The notes beneath the pieces were generated by a model. That model worked only from the letters and a program-made list of their open reading frames with translations, was not told the origin of the DNA and did not search any database. Positions 29,688-42,138 of a stretch of DNA of 64,000 bases are shown one piece after another. A program made the position numbers and the translations under genes. Source of the stretch: Candidatus Anderseniibacteriota bacterium (GTDB lineage: Bacteria > Patescibacteriota > JAUYIX01). Each line of letters begins with the position of its first letter. Position 1 is the stretch's first letter. The DNA lies in contig JAXLZM010000002.1 of the NCBI GenBank assembly GCA_046350855.1, positions 142,103 through 206,102 of the forward strand. The letters are read 5' to 3'.

Positions 29688-30509
29688 ATGATGGCAGTCT
29701 TGAAAAAAAATAAAGTATTAACTTTGTCAAAGGACGATGGAAATTCCCCTACGCTTAGTCGCACAATGGATGTCGCTCAAATGGCTTCCGCTGACACCTA
29801 TTTTGTACAAGGACTCTCGCTCGACAAGGGGGATGGCATCCAGTTTGAATACACTTTTAAATTTTTATGCTCCGGCCCAGATGATGATATTTCCGATAAT
29901 ACTTCAGCTGGCAGTGGGCTTGAGAGTTGCCCCATTGACGATGATGACGAAACGGGCACGATCAAGCAAACTCACAACGCCTCATGTGATTACGGCGGAG
30001 TTTGTACTCAAGTAAACCCGCCACCGCAACAGCAAACGTACAGCGAAGGCTCACGTTTAGCATGCGCACCACTCTACGAGAACTATGGGACACAAAATCA
30101 GATCCGTCGTGATTACTTTGAGCAGCACCACCTAGAGGGAGGGCTGCCAGTGGCCAACACCGAGCAGTGCAACCAAAACCTATGGTTTTTTGTGTATCTC
30201 GATAGTAATAAAAACGGCGTGATTGATGCTTGTGGTAATGATTATGACCCACCCTGTGCCTCTGGTAGAACACCAGACCAGCGGCTCTCAGGCGCGACCG
30301 TACATGTCGAAAGTCAAACAGACCATACTAAATACTTGGATGTTACGACTAACAGCATTGGTGAATATCAATCAGGCGACATCCCAGCGGACAAGTACCA
30401 GATCTCGGCAAGTAAGTCCGGGACACTGCCAACTAACCAGTCCAGTTATCTAATTGACACGACCAAGTCGTACGGTAAAGTTTTCAATTTTTTGCTCACG
30501 CCTAATTAG
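29688..30509 (+). CDS. hypothetical secreted Cys-rich protein
   Basis: ORF with 8+ Cys, Asp-rich CPIDDDDETG tract; no family recognised. Confidence 0.4.
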   Translation: MMAVLKKNKVLTLSKDDGNSPTLSRTMDVAQMASADTYFVQGLSLDKGDGIQFEYTFKFLCSGPDDDISDNTSAGSGLESCPIDDDDETGTIKQTHNASCDYGGVCTQVNPPPQQQTYSEGSRLACAPLYENYGTQNQIRRDYFEQHHLEGGLPVANTEQCNQNLWFFVYLDSNKNGVIDACGNDYDPPCASGRTPDQRLSGATVHVESQTDHTKYLDVTTNSIGEYQSGDIPADKYQISASKSGTLPTNQSSYLIDTTKSYGKVFNFLLTPN

Positions 30510-32450
30510 CGGAGTTGCTGGCTGAGTTCGTGCGCGGCTTTTTTGCCGATGAGTTTACCGAGTTCCGTCTCGCTGGCATCAGCGATGGCACTTACCGTGC
30601 CGTACTTTTGAATGAGGAGTCGCTTTTTAGCGGGACCGATGCCGACGATCTCATCCAGGACCGAGCGGCGGCTGCGCTTGCCCCGGACCTGTCGGTGGAA
30701 CGTAATGGCAAAACGATGCGCCTCGTCGCGCATGCGCTGGACGAGATGCAGCTCACTCGATCCTGCCGGTAGTCGCACCGAGTCGGCTTTGTTCGGGACG
30801 AACAACTCCTCCTCACGCTTGGCAAGGCCAGTCAGCGGAATGTCGAGATCAAGCTCACGTAAAATTTGCAGCGCGGCACCGAGCTGCGGCTTGCCTCCAT
30901 CCACAATGATCAAGTCCGGCTTGGGCCAACGTGGATCATTGGTCACTAAGTGACGTAGGCGACGTCTTAGGACTTCTTTGAGCATGCCGACGTCGTTGGG
31001 TTCTTCCCGCAAGAGTCCTGGCAATCTTAAAACGCCGATAAGCCTGCTTGTTGGGCCTGCCTTTGTCAAAAACGACCATCGAGCCGACCGCCGAGGTGCC
31101 TTGGATGTTGGAGATATCGTAAATCTCGACGCGGTCCAAGCCGGCGTTGGCAGAACCGGTACCTATAGCCGCCTTTTTTTTAAGCGGAGGCGTAAGCGCC
31201 TTGGCCAAGCCCGCGAGCGCCGCCTGTACGTTGAGATCAGCCGCTGCCCACTCGTGGGTTTTGCGCGCTCTAAATTCTTGGGCGTTTTCTTCGGCCATGG
31301 CGAGGAGGCGCTTGTTGAGACCGGCGCGGGGGACCACGATTTGCGGGGCGTGTTTGAGCTCGAGGGCCTGTGTGCGTGTACGGAGCAGCTGGGTCAGGGC
31401 CACTTGGTCGGACAATTTGGTGCCGAGGATGAGCTGTTTAGGTATAAAGGTAGCTTGCTCGTAGTGCTCGACGATGAGGCGACGCAGCACTTCCTCGTCC
31501 GTGGCGCCCGCCGCGAGCGTCACCACAAAATGCTCTTGACCGAGCACCTTGCCGTCTCTAATTAACATAAGTGCTGCAAAGGCGCGGTTGCGCTCGCGGT
31601 CGGTCACGACCCCTAGCACATCTTGATTAGTAAAACGGGGTGAGAGCACGACTTGCTTTGCGGTGAGGTGTTCGATTTGCTTAATTTGGTCGCGCAACCG
31701 CGCGGCGCGTTCAAACAAATGTGCGGCAGCGGCGCGCTCCATCTCTCGGCGCAGATCCTGCATGACAAAGTCGAGCTTGCCCTCGAGAAAGAGTAGGACC
31801 TTATCGATCACGGCGCGATAGTCCTCGCGAGAAATATTCTCGATGCAGGGGGCGTCGCAGCGACCCATGTGGTAGCGCAGGCACGGTCGGTAGCCGCGCG
31901 CTTTAATCGTGCCGGCCGGTGCTGCCTTAGACCCAGGTGAGGCCGAGACCTGCAAATCGAGGTCGCAGGTCCGGTACGGAAAAATCCGCTGCAATAAGCG
32001 CAGCGTATCGCGCACCGCAAAGCTATTGGTAAACGGCCCAAAATAGCGGGCGCCATCTTTTGCGACCCGACGCACCGTCTCGACCTGCGGAAAATCTTCC
32101 TGCACCGTCACCTTAATAAACAAATAGTGCTTATCGTCTTTGAGGACCACGTTGTAGCGAGGCTCATACTTTTTAATGAGGATTGACTCGAGGATCAGCG
32201 CCTCCATCTCGCTGCTCACCACGATGGTCTCGATGTCGGCCACCTGACGCATCATGGAGAACTTGGCCGGCGCAAAGTTGGGTGTGGTATGGAAGTACGA
32301 GCGCACGCGGTTGCGCAAGACCTTGGCCTTGCCCACGTACAAAACCGTTCCACCGCTGTCTCTAAATAAATAGCAGCCCGGTTTTTTGGGTAACGTCGCC
32401 AACCGTTGCGTAATTTTTTTGCTCAAGGGTGAACCCGACATCCTAGCCAT
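30506..32450 (-). pseudogene. uvrC: excinuclease ABC subunit C, interrupted by a -1 frameshift near 31005-31009
   Basis: N-terminal ORF (30936..32450) has GIY-YIG (PGCYLFRDSGGTVLYVGKAK) and UvrBC domains and ends ...YRRFKIARTLAG; C-terminal ORF (30506..31069) continues ...EEPNDVGMLKEVLRRR through the RNase H-like and HhH2 domains in another frame. One missing G/C in a 3-nt run restores a single ORF. Confidence 0.8.
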
Positions 32451-32692
32451 GCTAAACGAACAGAGTACGGTCTTTTTGTGGTCCAGTCAACCGTGGTATA
32501 CTCCTGGCACTCCCATGAAAGGCTCAACGATTTTGTATATTCTCGCGGGTCTCATCCTCATCGCCTTTGCCGGTTTTTTGATCTACTGGCGCGCGTTTGA
32601 GGTGGCGACCGGCGTGCAGTTGTACGGACGCTAAACCGGTTGCTCAACAAGTAGCTAGTTGCTAGCATCTAATCCGCTACGGGAGGTGGCAG

Positions 32693-33133
32693 ATGTCCCT
32701 TTGGATCATAGGAGTCTTTGCACTTCTGGGAGTTGTTCTTTTTTGCATCGCGCGTGCCCACGCCTACAGTCGCACACCCCTGGCAACCTTGGGGGTCATT
32801 CGGGACGCTCTGGAAGAACCGTTCATCCGCGTGGATGACCGCACGACTGCCGAGCCCAACATCCGGCTGCGCAATCGACACCTAGACGTGTCGTATCTCT
32901 TGGACGAGTCCAAGGGGCAACGGCGACAAGTGTTCTTCTTTGTGCACGAACGCACCGGATTCTCCGTTCGCATCAAGCGCCGGCCAGAGTCCATCCGGAT
33001 CATGGTCAACGGGGCCCAAGTCGTAGTGCTCGACCGTCCCTCGCGTGATCTAGTCAGGCGCATGATCGAGCGGGTGCTCGAGGCGGTGGACGAACTCCCC
33101 GAGCCCGGTTTGCCGCAGCTGGTCAGCGCATGA
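32693..33133 (+). CDS. hypothetical protein with N-terminal TM helix
   Basis: ORF followed by a strong terminator. Confidence 0.4.
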   Translation: MSLWIIGVFALLGVVLFCIARAHAYSRTPLATLGVIRDALEEPFIRVDDRTTAEPNIRLRNRHLDVSYLLDESKGQRRQVFFFVHERTGFSVRIKRRPESIRIMVNGAQVVVLDRPSRDLVRRMIERVLEAVDELPEPGLPQLVSA

Positions 33134-33164
33134 GCTACCGGCGCCATCCGGGCAGTATCAGGTC

Positions 33165-33197
33165 GAGCGTTCTCTATCCAGAGGACGCTCGTTTTTT
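33165..33197 (+). terminator. intrinsic terminator
   Basis: GAGCGTTCTCT-ATCC-AGAGGACGCTC 11-bp stem followed by GTTTTTT. Confidence 0.55.
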
Positions 33198-33227
33198 ATA
33201 TGTGCGTGTACTTGTGTGCTGGTGGAC

Positions 33228-33256
33228 TTGCCAAGGGTCTGACAAGGCCGTATACT
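33228..33256 (+). promoter_or_regulatory. sigma70-like promoter TTGCCA-17-TATACT upstream of uvrA
   Basis: -35 33228-33233, -10 33251-33256, ~84 nt before the uvrA ATG. Confidence 0.35.
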
Positions 33257-33339
33257 GGCCGGTTTGCCCCTGGGGTCCAGTTAGTGGGTCTTGGTTCTAC
33301 CCTTGATCGCTCGGAGATTTTGCGATAGGCTCTGGGCTT

Positions 33340-36306
<2,967 letters not shown>

Positions 36307-36317
36307 CACAACTAGAA

Positions 36318-36935
36318 ATGTCCGAAATTCTCGGCGCGCTGGATGGAATAAAAAACTCCATTGATGCACTTCACAGATCTTTTTGGCAAGACATTTTATC
36401 CGGAGGTATCGGCGCCCTACTTGGCACCTTTTCTGCGTTCATACTTGGCGTTTATTCTCAGCGGAAAATACAGCGTAAATCGCTTCTGACCAACCTTCGC
36501 CCCGCTGCAATTAAGGACTACAGAAAGATTTGTGAAGCACCCTTAGCAGGAAGACCGTATGTTGCGGTTGACTTTGCAACTGGCTATAGCCGACCCAATC
36601 AATTGTTTTTGCCGTTGCAGCTCGATCTTTCAGACCTAAGCGCGCTTTGGGGCCGCGATCGAGAAGCCACGGAACAACTCAGAAAATCGATCGAAAAGTA
36701 TAACAAGCAAGTCGTAGTACTCTTTAAGAAGCTTTGTCTTAAAGCGCAAGAGGACTGCAAGACTTTTGTTCAAGAAGAAAACCTGCGTACGATACTCGCA
36801 AACTCGCTCCTTCAAATAAAAGAGCCAAATAACTGGCCTTACATCCAATACGTTTTAGACTCAGAAAGTGGCAAGGAGATTAAAAGTTTGTATTCTGAAG
36901 TGAAAAGTTCTTATGAACAGTTTATCGGCTTGTGA
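36318..36935 (+). CDS. hypothetical protein with N-terminal TM helix
   Basis: ORF only. Confidence 0.4.
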   Translation: MSEILGALDGIKNSIDALHRSFWQDILSGGIGALLGTFSAFILGVYSQRKIQRKSLLTNLRPAAIKDYRKICEAPLAGRPYVAVDFATGYSRPNQLFLPLQLDLSDLSALWGRDREATEQLRKSIEKYNKQVVVLFKKLCLKAQEDCKTFVQEENLRTILANSLLQIKEPNNWPYIQYVLDSESGKEIKSLYSEVKSSYEQFIGL

Positions 36936-36956
36936 TTATTCCTTAACGCTTACGAA

Positions 36957-37304
36957 ATGAAAATTCGTACGATCTATTTCAAGGTCAAGAATGTCAAAAA
37001 AGCCGCCGCATTTTGGGAGGGATTCCTTGGAGTCAAACCACATAAGACCTTTGATGAATGGTATGAGTTCATGACCGACAACATTAGACTGGGTTTATAC
37101 AAGAACACTGGTGACAAGTTTGCTGGCAGTAATTGCATTCCCGTTTTTGAGTTTAGCGATGCGGAGGTTGGTCAGTACGTTGAACGCGCAAAGGAGCTTG
37201 GAGCAAAGGTTCTGTTTGATTCTCTCAATGACCCAGATGTTTTAAGTGTTGGATTTAGAGATCCATTTGGACACGAGTTTGAAGTCAGTAAATTTCACAA
37301 CTAA
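36957..37304 (+). CDS. VOC (glyoxalase/bleomycin-resistance) family protein
   Basis: Size and beta-alpha-beta pattern; weak motif support. Confidence 0.45.
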   Translation: MKIRTIYFKVKNVKKAAAFWEGFLGVKPHKTFDEWYEFMTDNIRLGLYKNTGDKFAGSNCIPVFEFSDAEVGQYVERAKELGAKVLFDSLNDPDVLSVGFRDPFGHEFEVSKFHN

Positions 37305-37312
37305 TTGAGCCA

Positions 37313-37852
37313 ATGGTCACAATCATCTTCGAATCACATAGCACAACGACGGACAACGAAAAAGAACTCTCGTCCGGCCACAATGACGTGGGGCTCTCCG
37401 AGTTAGGGATCAAGCAATCCCACGAGCTTGGTGAGAGATATAAAGCTGTTCATGTAGATGCAGTGTTTGCGTCTGATCTAAAGCGAGCCTACAAAACCGG
37501 AGAAATTGCTTTTAAAGGGAGGGGCATCCCAATTATCAAAGACAGGCGTCTCCGCGAGGTAGATTATGGCGAACTCACCCAGCATCCCGGAGAAGAAGTG
37601 AAGAAGCTCAAGCCCGGGTTTATTACAAAACCGTTCCCGGGCGGCGAGAGTTACCAGCAAACTTCCGAGCGCATGAAATCTTTTTTGCAGGATCTGCTCA
37701 AAAAGTACGACGGTAAGACCGTTATGGTTATCGGACATCGCGCAACCCAATACGGTTTAGAGCACTGGATTAACGGTATCCCCTTGGAACAAGTTATCCC
37801 TGCGCCATGGAAGTGGCGGCCGGGTTGGAAGTACGAGCTGAAAAGCCTTTGA
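37313..37852 (+). CDS. histidine phosphatase family protein (phosphoglycerate mutase-like)
   Basis: Family size; SHSTT...HNDVGLSELG near the N-terminus and GHRATQ near the C-terminus. Confidence 0.55.
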   Translation: MVTIIFESHSTTTDNEKELSSGHNDVGLSELGIKQSHELGERYKAVHVDAVFASDLKRAYKTGEIAFKGRGIPIIKDRRLREVDYGELTQHPGEEVKKLKPGFITKPFPGGESYQQTSERMKSFLQDLLKKYDGKTVMVIGHRATQYGLEHWINGIPLEQVIPAPWKWRPGWKYELKSL

Positions 37853-37870
37853 CTTTACAAATAAGAAAAA

Positions 37871-37894
37871 GCACGTTGCCAGGGCGCAACGTGC
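37871..37894. other. perfect 9-bp hairpin GCACGTTGC-CAGGGC-GCAACGTGC flanked by A-runs
   Basis: Read directly; lies at the start of a 456-bp ORF-free region. Confidence 0.3.
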
Positions 37895-38308
37895 AAAAGG
37901 AGAGTGGACAAGGCCCCATTGTACTTAGACGTATTACTTCCCTGAACACACGTCGTCGTCTCGCAAAGCCTCAAAGAGAGTTATAAATAGAGTTCTCTCT
38001 CGACGGTCTCCTGAAGCACAATCTTTTGGCTCAAAGAGTGTGACCGTCTGGCAAACTGCTACAGCGTGCTCTAACACCTCGAGTGGGGACCGTGTCCCAA
38101 AGAAGCAGTTCGTAGTCCTCGCAGGGATGCGAGGGAGCCAGCAGCATGAAGCGAGTGAAGGTGCAGGTGTGGGCCGTAGCTAGGAGCTGCTACTTGCCCT
38201 ACTTGGTCACTGGAAACCGCTCATCGTTCACCTCCTGGTTTCAGTGGCGGGAAAATAGCATACGATTAGCTGATGGTCAAGACCCTCGGTTTTAGGTAGA
38301 GTTTATTC

Positions 38309-38992
38309 ATGAAAACCGCTCTAATCACCGGTACCGGCAAAGGAATAGGTCACGCTACCGCAGATCTTTTTCTCACCAAGGGCTGGCGCGTTATCGGTAC
38401 ATACACGCATGACAAGGGAACCATCGTCTCACCAAACTACAGCGAGATCAAATTAGATCTGCACTCCAAAAAGAGCGTCGCGGATGCGGCGAAAAGTATC
38501 GCCAAACTCGCTCCACAGATCGACGTGCTTATTAACAACGCCGGAATCGCGCCTGACGCTCTCAAGACCAAGGCCGATATGGAAAAAATCCGTGTGACTT
38601 TTGAGGTCAACGTCTTTGGCTTGATCGATCTGACGGAAAAAGTTCTACCGCTGCTCGCGACCGGCAGTCATGTCATCAATGTTAGTTCTCGGTATGGATC
38701 GTTCAACTTTAAGATCGTTGACTCGTATGCCACGGCCTATCGCATGTCAAAGGCCGCGCTCAATATGTACACACGCATGCTGGCTTTTCGGCTTAAAGAT
38801 AAAAAGATGCGTGTATCGGCGATTCATCCAGGCTGGGTAAAAACGGATATGGGTAACATGGGAGTCGGACCACAGGATAAAGCGCGTCCTGATCGGGAAC
38901 CAAAAGATGCCGCTGCGGACATCTACAGGCTTGCCACGAGTGATGTGGAGTCGGGCCAGTTTTGGTTTAAGGGCAGACAGTTTGAGTGGTAA
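38309..38992 (+). CDS. short-chain dehydrogenase/reductase (SDR)
   Basis: ALITGTGKGIGHA Rossmann motif, YxxxK catalytic pair (YRMSK). Confidence 0.8.
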   Translation: MKTALITGTGKGIGHATADLFLTKGWRVIGTYTHDKGTIVSPNYSEIKLDLHSKKSVADAAKSIAKLAPQIDVLINNAGIAPDALKTKADMEKIRVTFEVNVFGLIDLTEKVLPLLATGSHVINVSSRYGSFNFKIVDSYATAYRMSKAALNMYTRMLAFRLKDKKMRVSAIHPGWVKTDMGNMGVGPQDKARPDREPKDAAADIYRLATSDVESGQFWFKGRQFEW

Positions 38993-39001
38993 CAGAATCT
39001 T

Positions 39002-39499
39002 ATGTCCAATAGTTCATCCAACGAAATTAAAGTAGCGGTCGGTGCCTTTATTGCTAACGATAAGGGCCAGGTACTACTGGGCCTGAGAAAAAACGTGGCC
39101 GGAGCGGGCGAATGGCAGGTGCCAGGCGGTCATCTAGAATATGGTGAGACGCTCATCGACGGGGCCCGTAGAGAGGTCAAAGAAGAAACGGGGCTCACAG
39201 TTGGCGAGATGCGACTTGTTTCGGTTATCGACGAGAGCCCAGAGGTTATGGGGCGAACCACTCACTACGTTACCGTAGACTTTTCGGCCCACTACCTCGG
39301 TGGTACCCCCGTTGTTATGGAGCCGCACAAGTGTGGCGGGTGGCAGTGGTTCTCCCTGGATGCGCTGCCCGAGAAACTGTCGCAAGGGATGCGGATGGCG
39401 GTTGAGAACTATAAAAATAAGACCGTTTACAAGGCGAGGGATTTCACGATAAAAACTAAGCACCATGTTACAAAGCACGACTATGCTCAAAGCATTTAG
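39002..39499 (+). CDS. NUDIX hydrolase
   Basis: Nudix box GGHLEYGETLIDGARREVKEETGL. Confidence 0.8.
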   Translation: MSNSSSNEIKVAVGAFIANDKGQVLLGLRKNVAGAGEWQVPGGHLEYGETLIDGARREVKEETGLTVGEMRLVSVIDESPEVMGRTTHYVTVDFSAHYLGGTPVVMEPHKCGGWQWFSLDALPEKLSQGMRMAVENYKNKTVYKARDFTIKTKHHVTKHDYAQSI

Positions 39500-39785
39500 A
39501 AACGCCCTGCTTGCCACGGCCTATATCTCCGGAGTCGCCATGCTTATGTTCTTTGGGCAAAAGCATATCCCTGGCCCGGATACGTTTTTGATGCCGGTCG
39601 CAATGCTGAGCTTGCTGACGTTGTCAGCAGCCGTCATGGGGTATCTCTTTGTGTACCAACCAGCCACGCTTTTTCTCGCCAACAAAAAGGCAGAAGGTGT
39701 AAAGCTGTTCTTCCAGACCGTTGGGATTTTTGCAGGGATTACGACCATCGTTTTTGTGGCAGTCTTTTTGGGGATTGGTCGCTAG
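39465..39785 (+). CDS. small membrane protein (3 TM)
   Basis: ORF with hydrophobic helices; overlaps the NUDIX 3' end. Confidence 0.35.
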   Translation: MLQSTTMLKAFRNALLATAYISGVAMLMFFGQKHIPGPDTFLMPVAMLSLLTLSAAVMGYLFVYQPATLFLANKKAEGVKLFFQTVGIFAGITTIVFVAVFLGIGR

Positions 39786-39830
39786 CCGGTGTACCATTGC
39801 GGCATGTCTAAGTTGTAACCGTTCACCCAC

Positions 39831-40175
39831 ATGAAGCGAGCCGGAATCATACTCATCATCGTTGGCGTCTTTGCAACGCTCTGGGGTGCTTACGCGCTTA
39901 TGATGGCGTTTAATGGCTACACGATGGATACGTCGTACCTGGGTCGGGGGACCGGGCTGGGCTATAGCGTCAGTGCGACGACGGATGCCAATGGCAAATT
40001 GGTTCCGATAACACCGGAACAAGAAGCTGCTGCAGCCGCTGAGTATGATGTGGGCTATCAGGCGAACATCAGGCAGCACAAGCTTCGCGGATCGCTAATG
40101 CTCGGCGCTGGTGTCGTCGCCTTAGCGGTGGGTATTGGTCTCACCGCAGCCAGTAAGCGCAAGTCCAAAAAATAG
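39831..40175 (+). CDS. small membrane protein (2 TM)
   Basis: ORF, ATG start. Confidence 0.4.
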   Translation: MKRAGIILIIVGVFATLWGAYALMMAFNGYTMDTSYLGRGTGLGYSVSATTDANGKLVPITPEQEAAAAAEYDVGYQANIRQHKLRGSLMLGAGVVALAVGIGLTAASKRKSKK

Positions 40176-40752
40176 ATTGAAAAAAGTATTGCTCGGTTTA
40201 GAAAGAGGTTCAGTCAAGTTAGTGCCCCACGATCCACGCTGGGTAAGACTTTTTCAAAAGCAAAAGAAAATACTGAAAGACACATTTGGCGATACGATAC
40301 TTGCGATCGAACACGTCGGCAGCACGGCGATTCCCGGCATGCCCGCAAAGCCCATTATCGATATCGATGTGGGTGTTCGCTCAATGAGGGACATTGTGGC
40401 TATGCGTAAAAAGTTTAAAGCCCTAGGCTATCAGCACCGTCCCTTTGTCCCCGGTGTTACCAAGGGCGAACTCAAAAAACAAGAACTCTTTGTGGTTGGG
40501 TCGGGCGCAAAACGCACGCACCATATCCACATTGCGATATTTGGGAGTAACTATTGGAACAATAATATTCTGTTTCGTGATTACCTACGGGCGCATCCTG
40601 CTCGAGCTAAAAAATATGCTGCGCTCAAATGTCAACTTGTAAAAAAGTTTGCTAACGATCGCAACCGCTACACCAAAGCTAAAGAAAAGTTTATTTCTGC
40701 AACAATACAGTTGGCGCAGAAAAGGCATCCCAAACGGGTTGAGACGCCTTAA
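40135..40752 (+). CDS. GrpB-family nucleotidyltransferase-fold protein (TTG start)
   Basis: VGSTAIPGMPAKPIIDIDVGV motif typical of GrpB/UPF0157. Confidence 0.65.
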   Translation: MVSPQPVSASPKNRLKKVLLGLERGSVKLVPHDPRWVRLFQKQKKILKDTFGDTILAIEHVGSTAIPGMPAKPIIDIDVGVRSMRDIVAMRKKFKALGYQHRPFVPGVTKGELKKQELFVVGSGAKRTHHIHIAIFGSNYWNNNILFRDYLRAHPARAKKYAALKCQLVKKFANDRNRYTKAKEKFISATIQLAQKRHPKRVETP

Positions 40753-40904
40753 AAAAGTTAATCTCGAAATTCAGACAGCAGCGGTGTACTTATCCACAGA
40801 CGATAGTCAAAAAGTGGTCATTTTTTAATCTTTTCTTAAGGTTTAACCCGTACAGTCGTGTTGTTCCATTGGAACAGTGCACGTTGACAGCTAGGAGCAT
40901 CAAG

Positions 40905-41444
40905 ATGAAGCAACTCATCGCGGGCAGCCATGCGGAATGCAAATCCCGCATCTGGTTGCTCGACCTGGATCCGATCATGGTCAAGCTCATGGACAAGAAG
41001 GAAGGAAAGGGCTGGACGCTCGAGCAGGCACTGCTTGCGGTCGGGGAGTACCGGCGGTTTCTCTTCCTGACCGTCACGCGTGAGGAGACCATCGTTCCGA
41101 CCGAGTTCGTGGACGCGGTCTGGCACGCTCACATCCTCGACACCATGAAGTACGCCAAGGACTGCGAGGAGATCTTCGGGTTCTTCTTGCACCACTTCCC
41201 GTACTTCGGGATGCGCGGTGAGGAAGACCAGGCCACCCTGCAGTCGACCTTCCGTGCCAGCGCCGGCATCTACGAGGCGGCCTTCGGGCAGCCGTATTAC
41301 GTCGGGCTGAACGGCGCCAACTGCGGCACGTGCGGTCCCAACGCCTGTGGTTCGTGCGCTGGTTCTGGACTGATCCCTCCACAGAAGGACGTCTTTCGGG
41401 ACGTGGTGCGGTCGGACCATCGTCCCGTACTGGCGATTGCCTGA
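40905..41444 (+). CDS. glycine-rich-domain protein (GRDP/DUF1399-like); high-GC, probably horizontally acquired (ORF opens at TTG 40869)
   Basis: VDAVWHAHILDT motif; GC3-rich codon usage unlike neighbours; AGGAG 7 nt before the ATG at 40905. Confidence 0.6.
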   Translation: MKQLIAGSHAECKSRIWLLDLDPIMVKLMDKKEGKGWTLEQALLAVGEYRRFLFLTVTREETIVPTEFVDAVWHAHILDTMKYAKDCEEIFGFFLHHFPYFGMRGEEDQATLQSTFRASAGIYEAAFGQPYYVGLNGANCGTCGPNACGSCAGSGLIPPQKDVFRDVVRSDHRPVLAIA

Positions 41445-41456
41445 AGCAACTCTATT

Positions 41457-41489
41457 GGGGCTTGGATAACATCCGAGCCCCGCTTTTTT
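41457..41489 (+). terminator. intrinsic terminator
   Basis: GGGGCTTGGAT-AAC-ATCCGAGCCCC then GCTTTTTTG. Confidence 0.6.
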
Positions 41490-41523
41490 GAAAAATAGTT
41501 CTTGAATAGTAGTATCAACTTAT

Positions 41524-42129
41524 ATGGGTCAGCCTGTTATTCGAATTTCATACAATCGGCTTCTGGATCCGTTTTTCCGATCCTTTTTTGAATTACAGCA
41601 TGCCGGAACACCAAAAAACTCAACATATACTTCGCCAGAAGTAGTTTTGAAGAAAGTTTCTGAGTTTATCAATGCATGGAAAAAAAGAGAGTCGGTCTTG
41701 GAGTTTATGCAAGAAACGCTCTCGCTAGAGTTTTATCAAAATGCGATTGATGTGCACGTGGTTGGTTTTATTAAGCACGCGATTAGTTCGCCAATGATCA
41801 TTAGCAGTACGAAGTCTGTTGACGCATTTGTTGATTCTCTTACCCACGAACTTTTACATCGGCTTGTGAGTGATAACACAAAGAAAATTCCCGCTGGCAA
41901 GATTCTGCTTAATCTGTATCCAAAGGAATCGCGACTGTGCCGAAATCATATTGTTGTTCATGCGGTACTCAAAAAAATCTATCTCGAGTTTTTTAAAGAG
42001 GCTGAGCGGTTAACCGCTATTCAAGTGCGCGATAAAAAAGCATCTGCATATATGCGTGCCTGGGAGTTAGTCGATACGTTAGGGGCAGATTCTATAATTG
42101 CGCAATTCAAAAAAGGATATCAAAAATAA
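41524..42129 (+). CDS. hypothetical protein with HExxH motif (LTHELLHRL)
   Basis: ORF at the left edge of the low-GC island. Confidence 0.45.
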   Translation: MGQPVIRISYNRLLDPFFRSFFELQHAGTPKNSTYTSPEVVLKKVSEFINAWKKRESVLEFMQETLSLEFYQNAIDVHVVGFIKHAISSPMIISSTKSVDAFVDSLTHELLHRLVSDNTKKIPAGKILLNLYPKESRLCRNHIVVHAVLKKIYLEFFKEAERLTAIQVRDKKASAYMRAWELVDTLGADSIIAQFKKGYQK

Positions 42130-42138
42130 ATGGCGGCA

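Noticed and set aside
38215-38255. CACCTCCT (anti-Shine-Dalgarno-like, resembling the 16S rRNA 3' end) inside a hairpin in the 37.85-38.3 kb gap
   Set aside because: No other rRNA features around it; an 8-mer match is expected by chance. Kept only as part of the ncRNA-candidate finding
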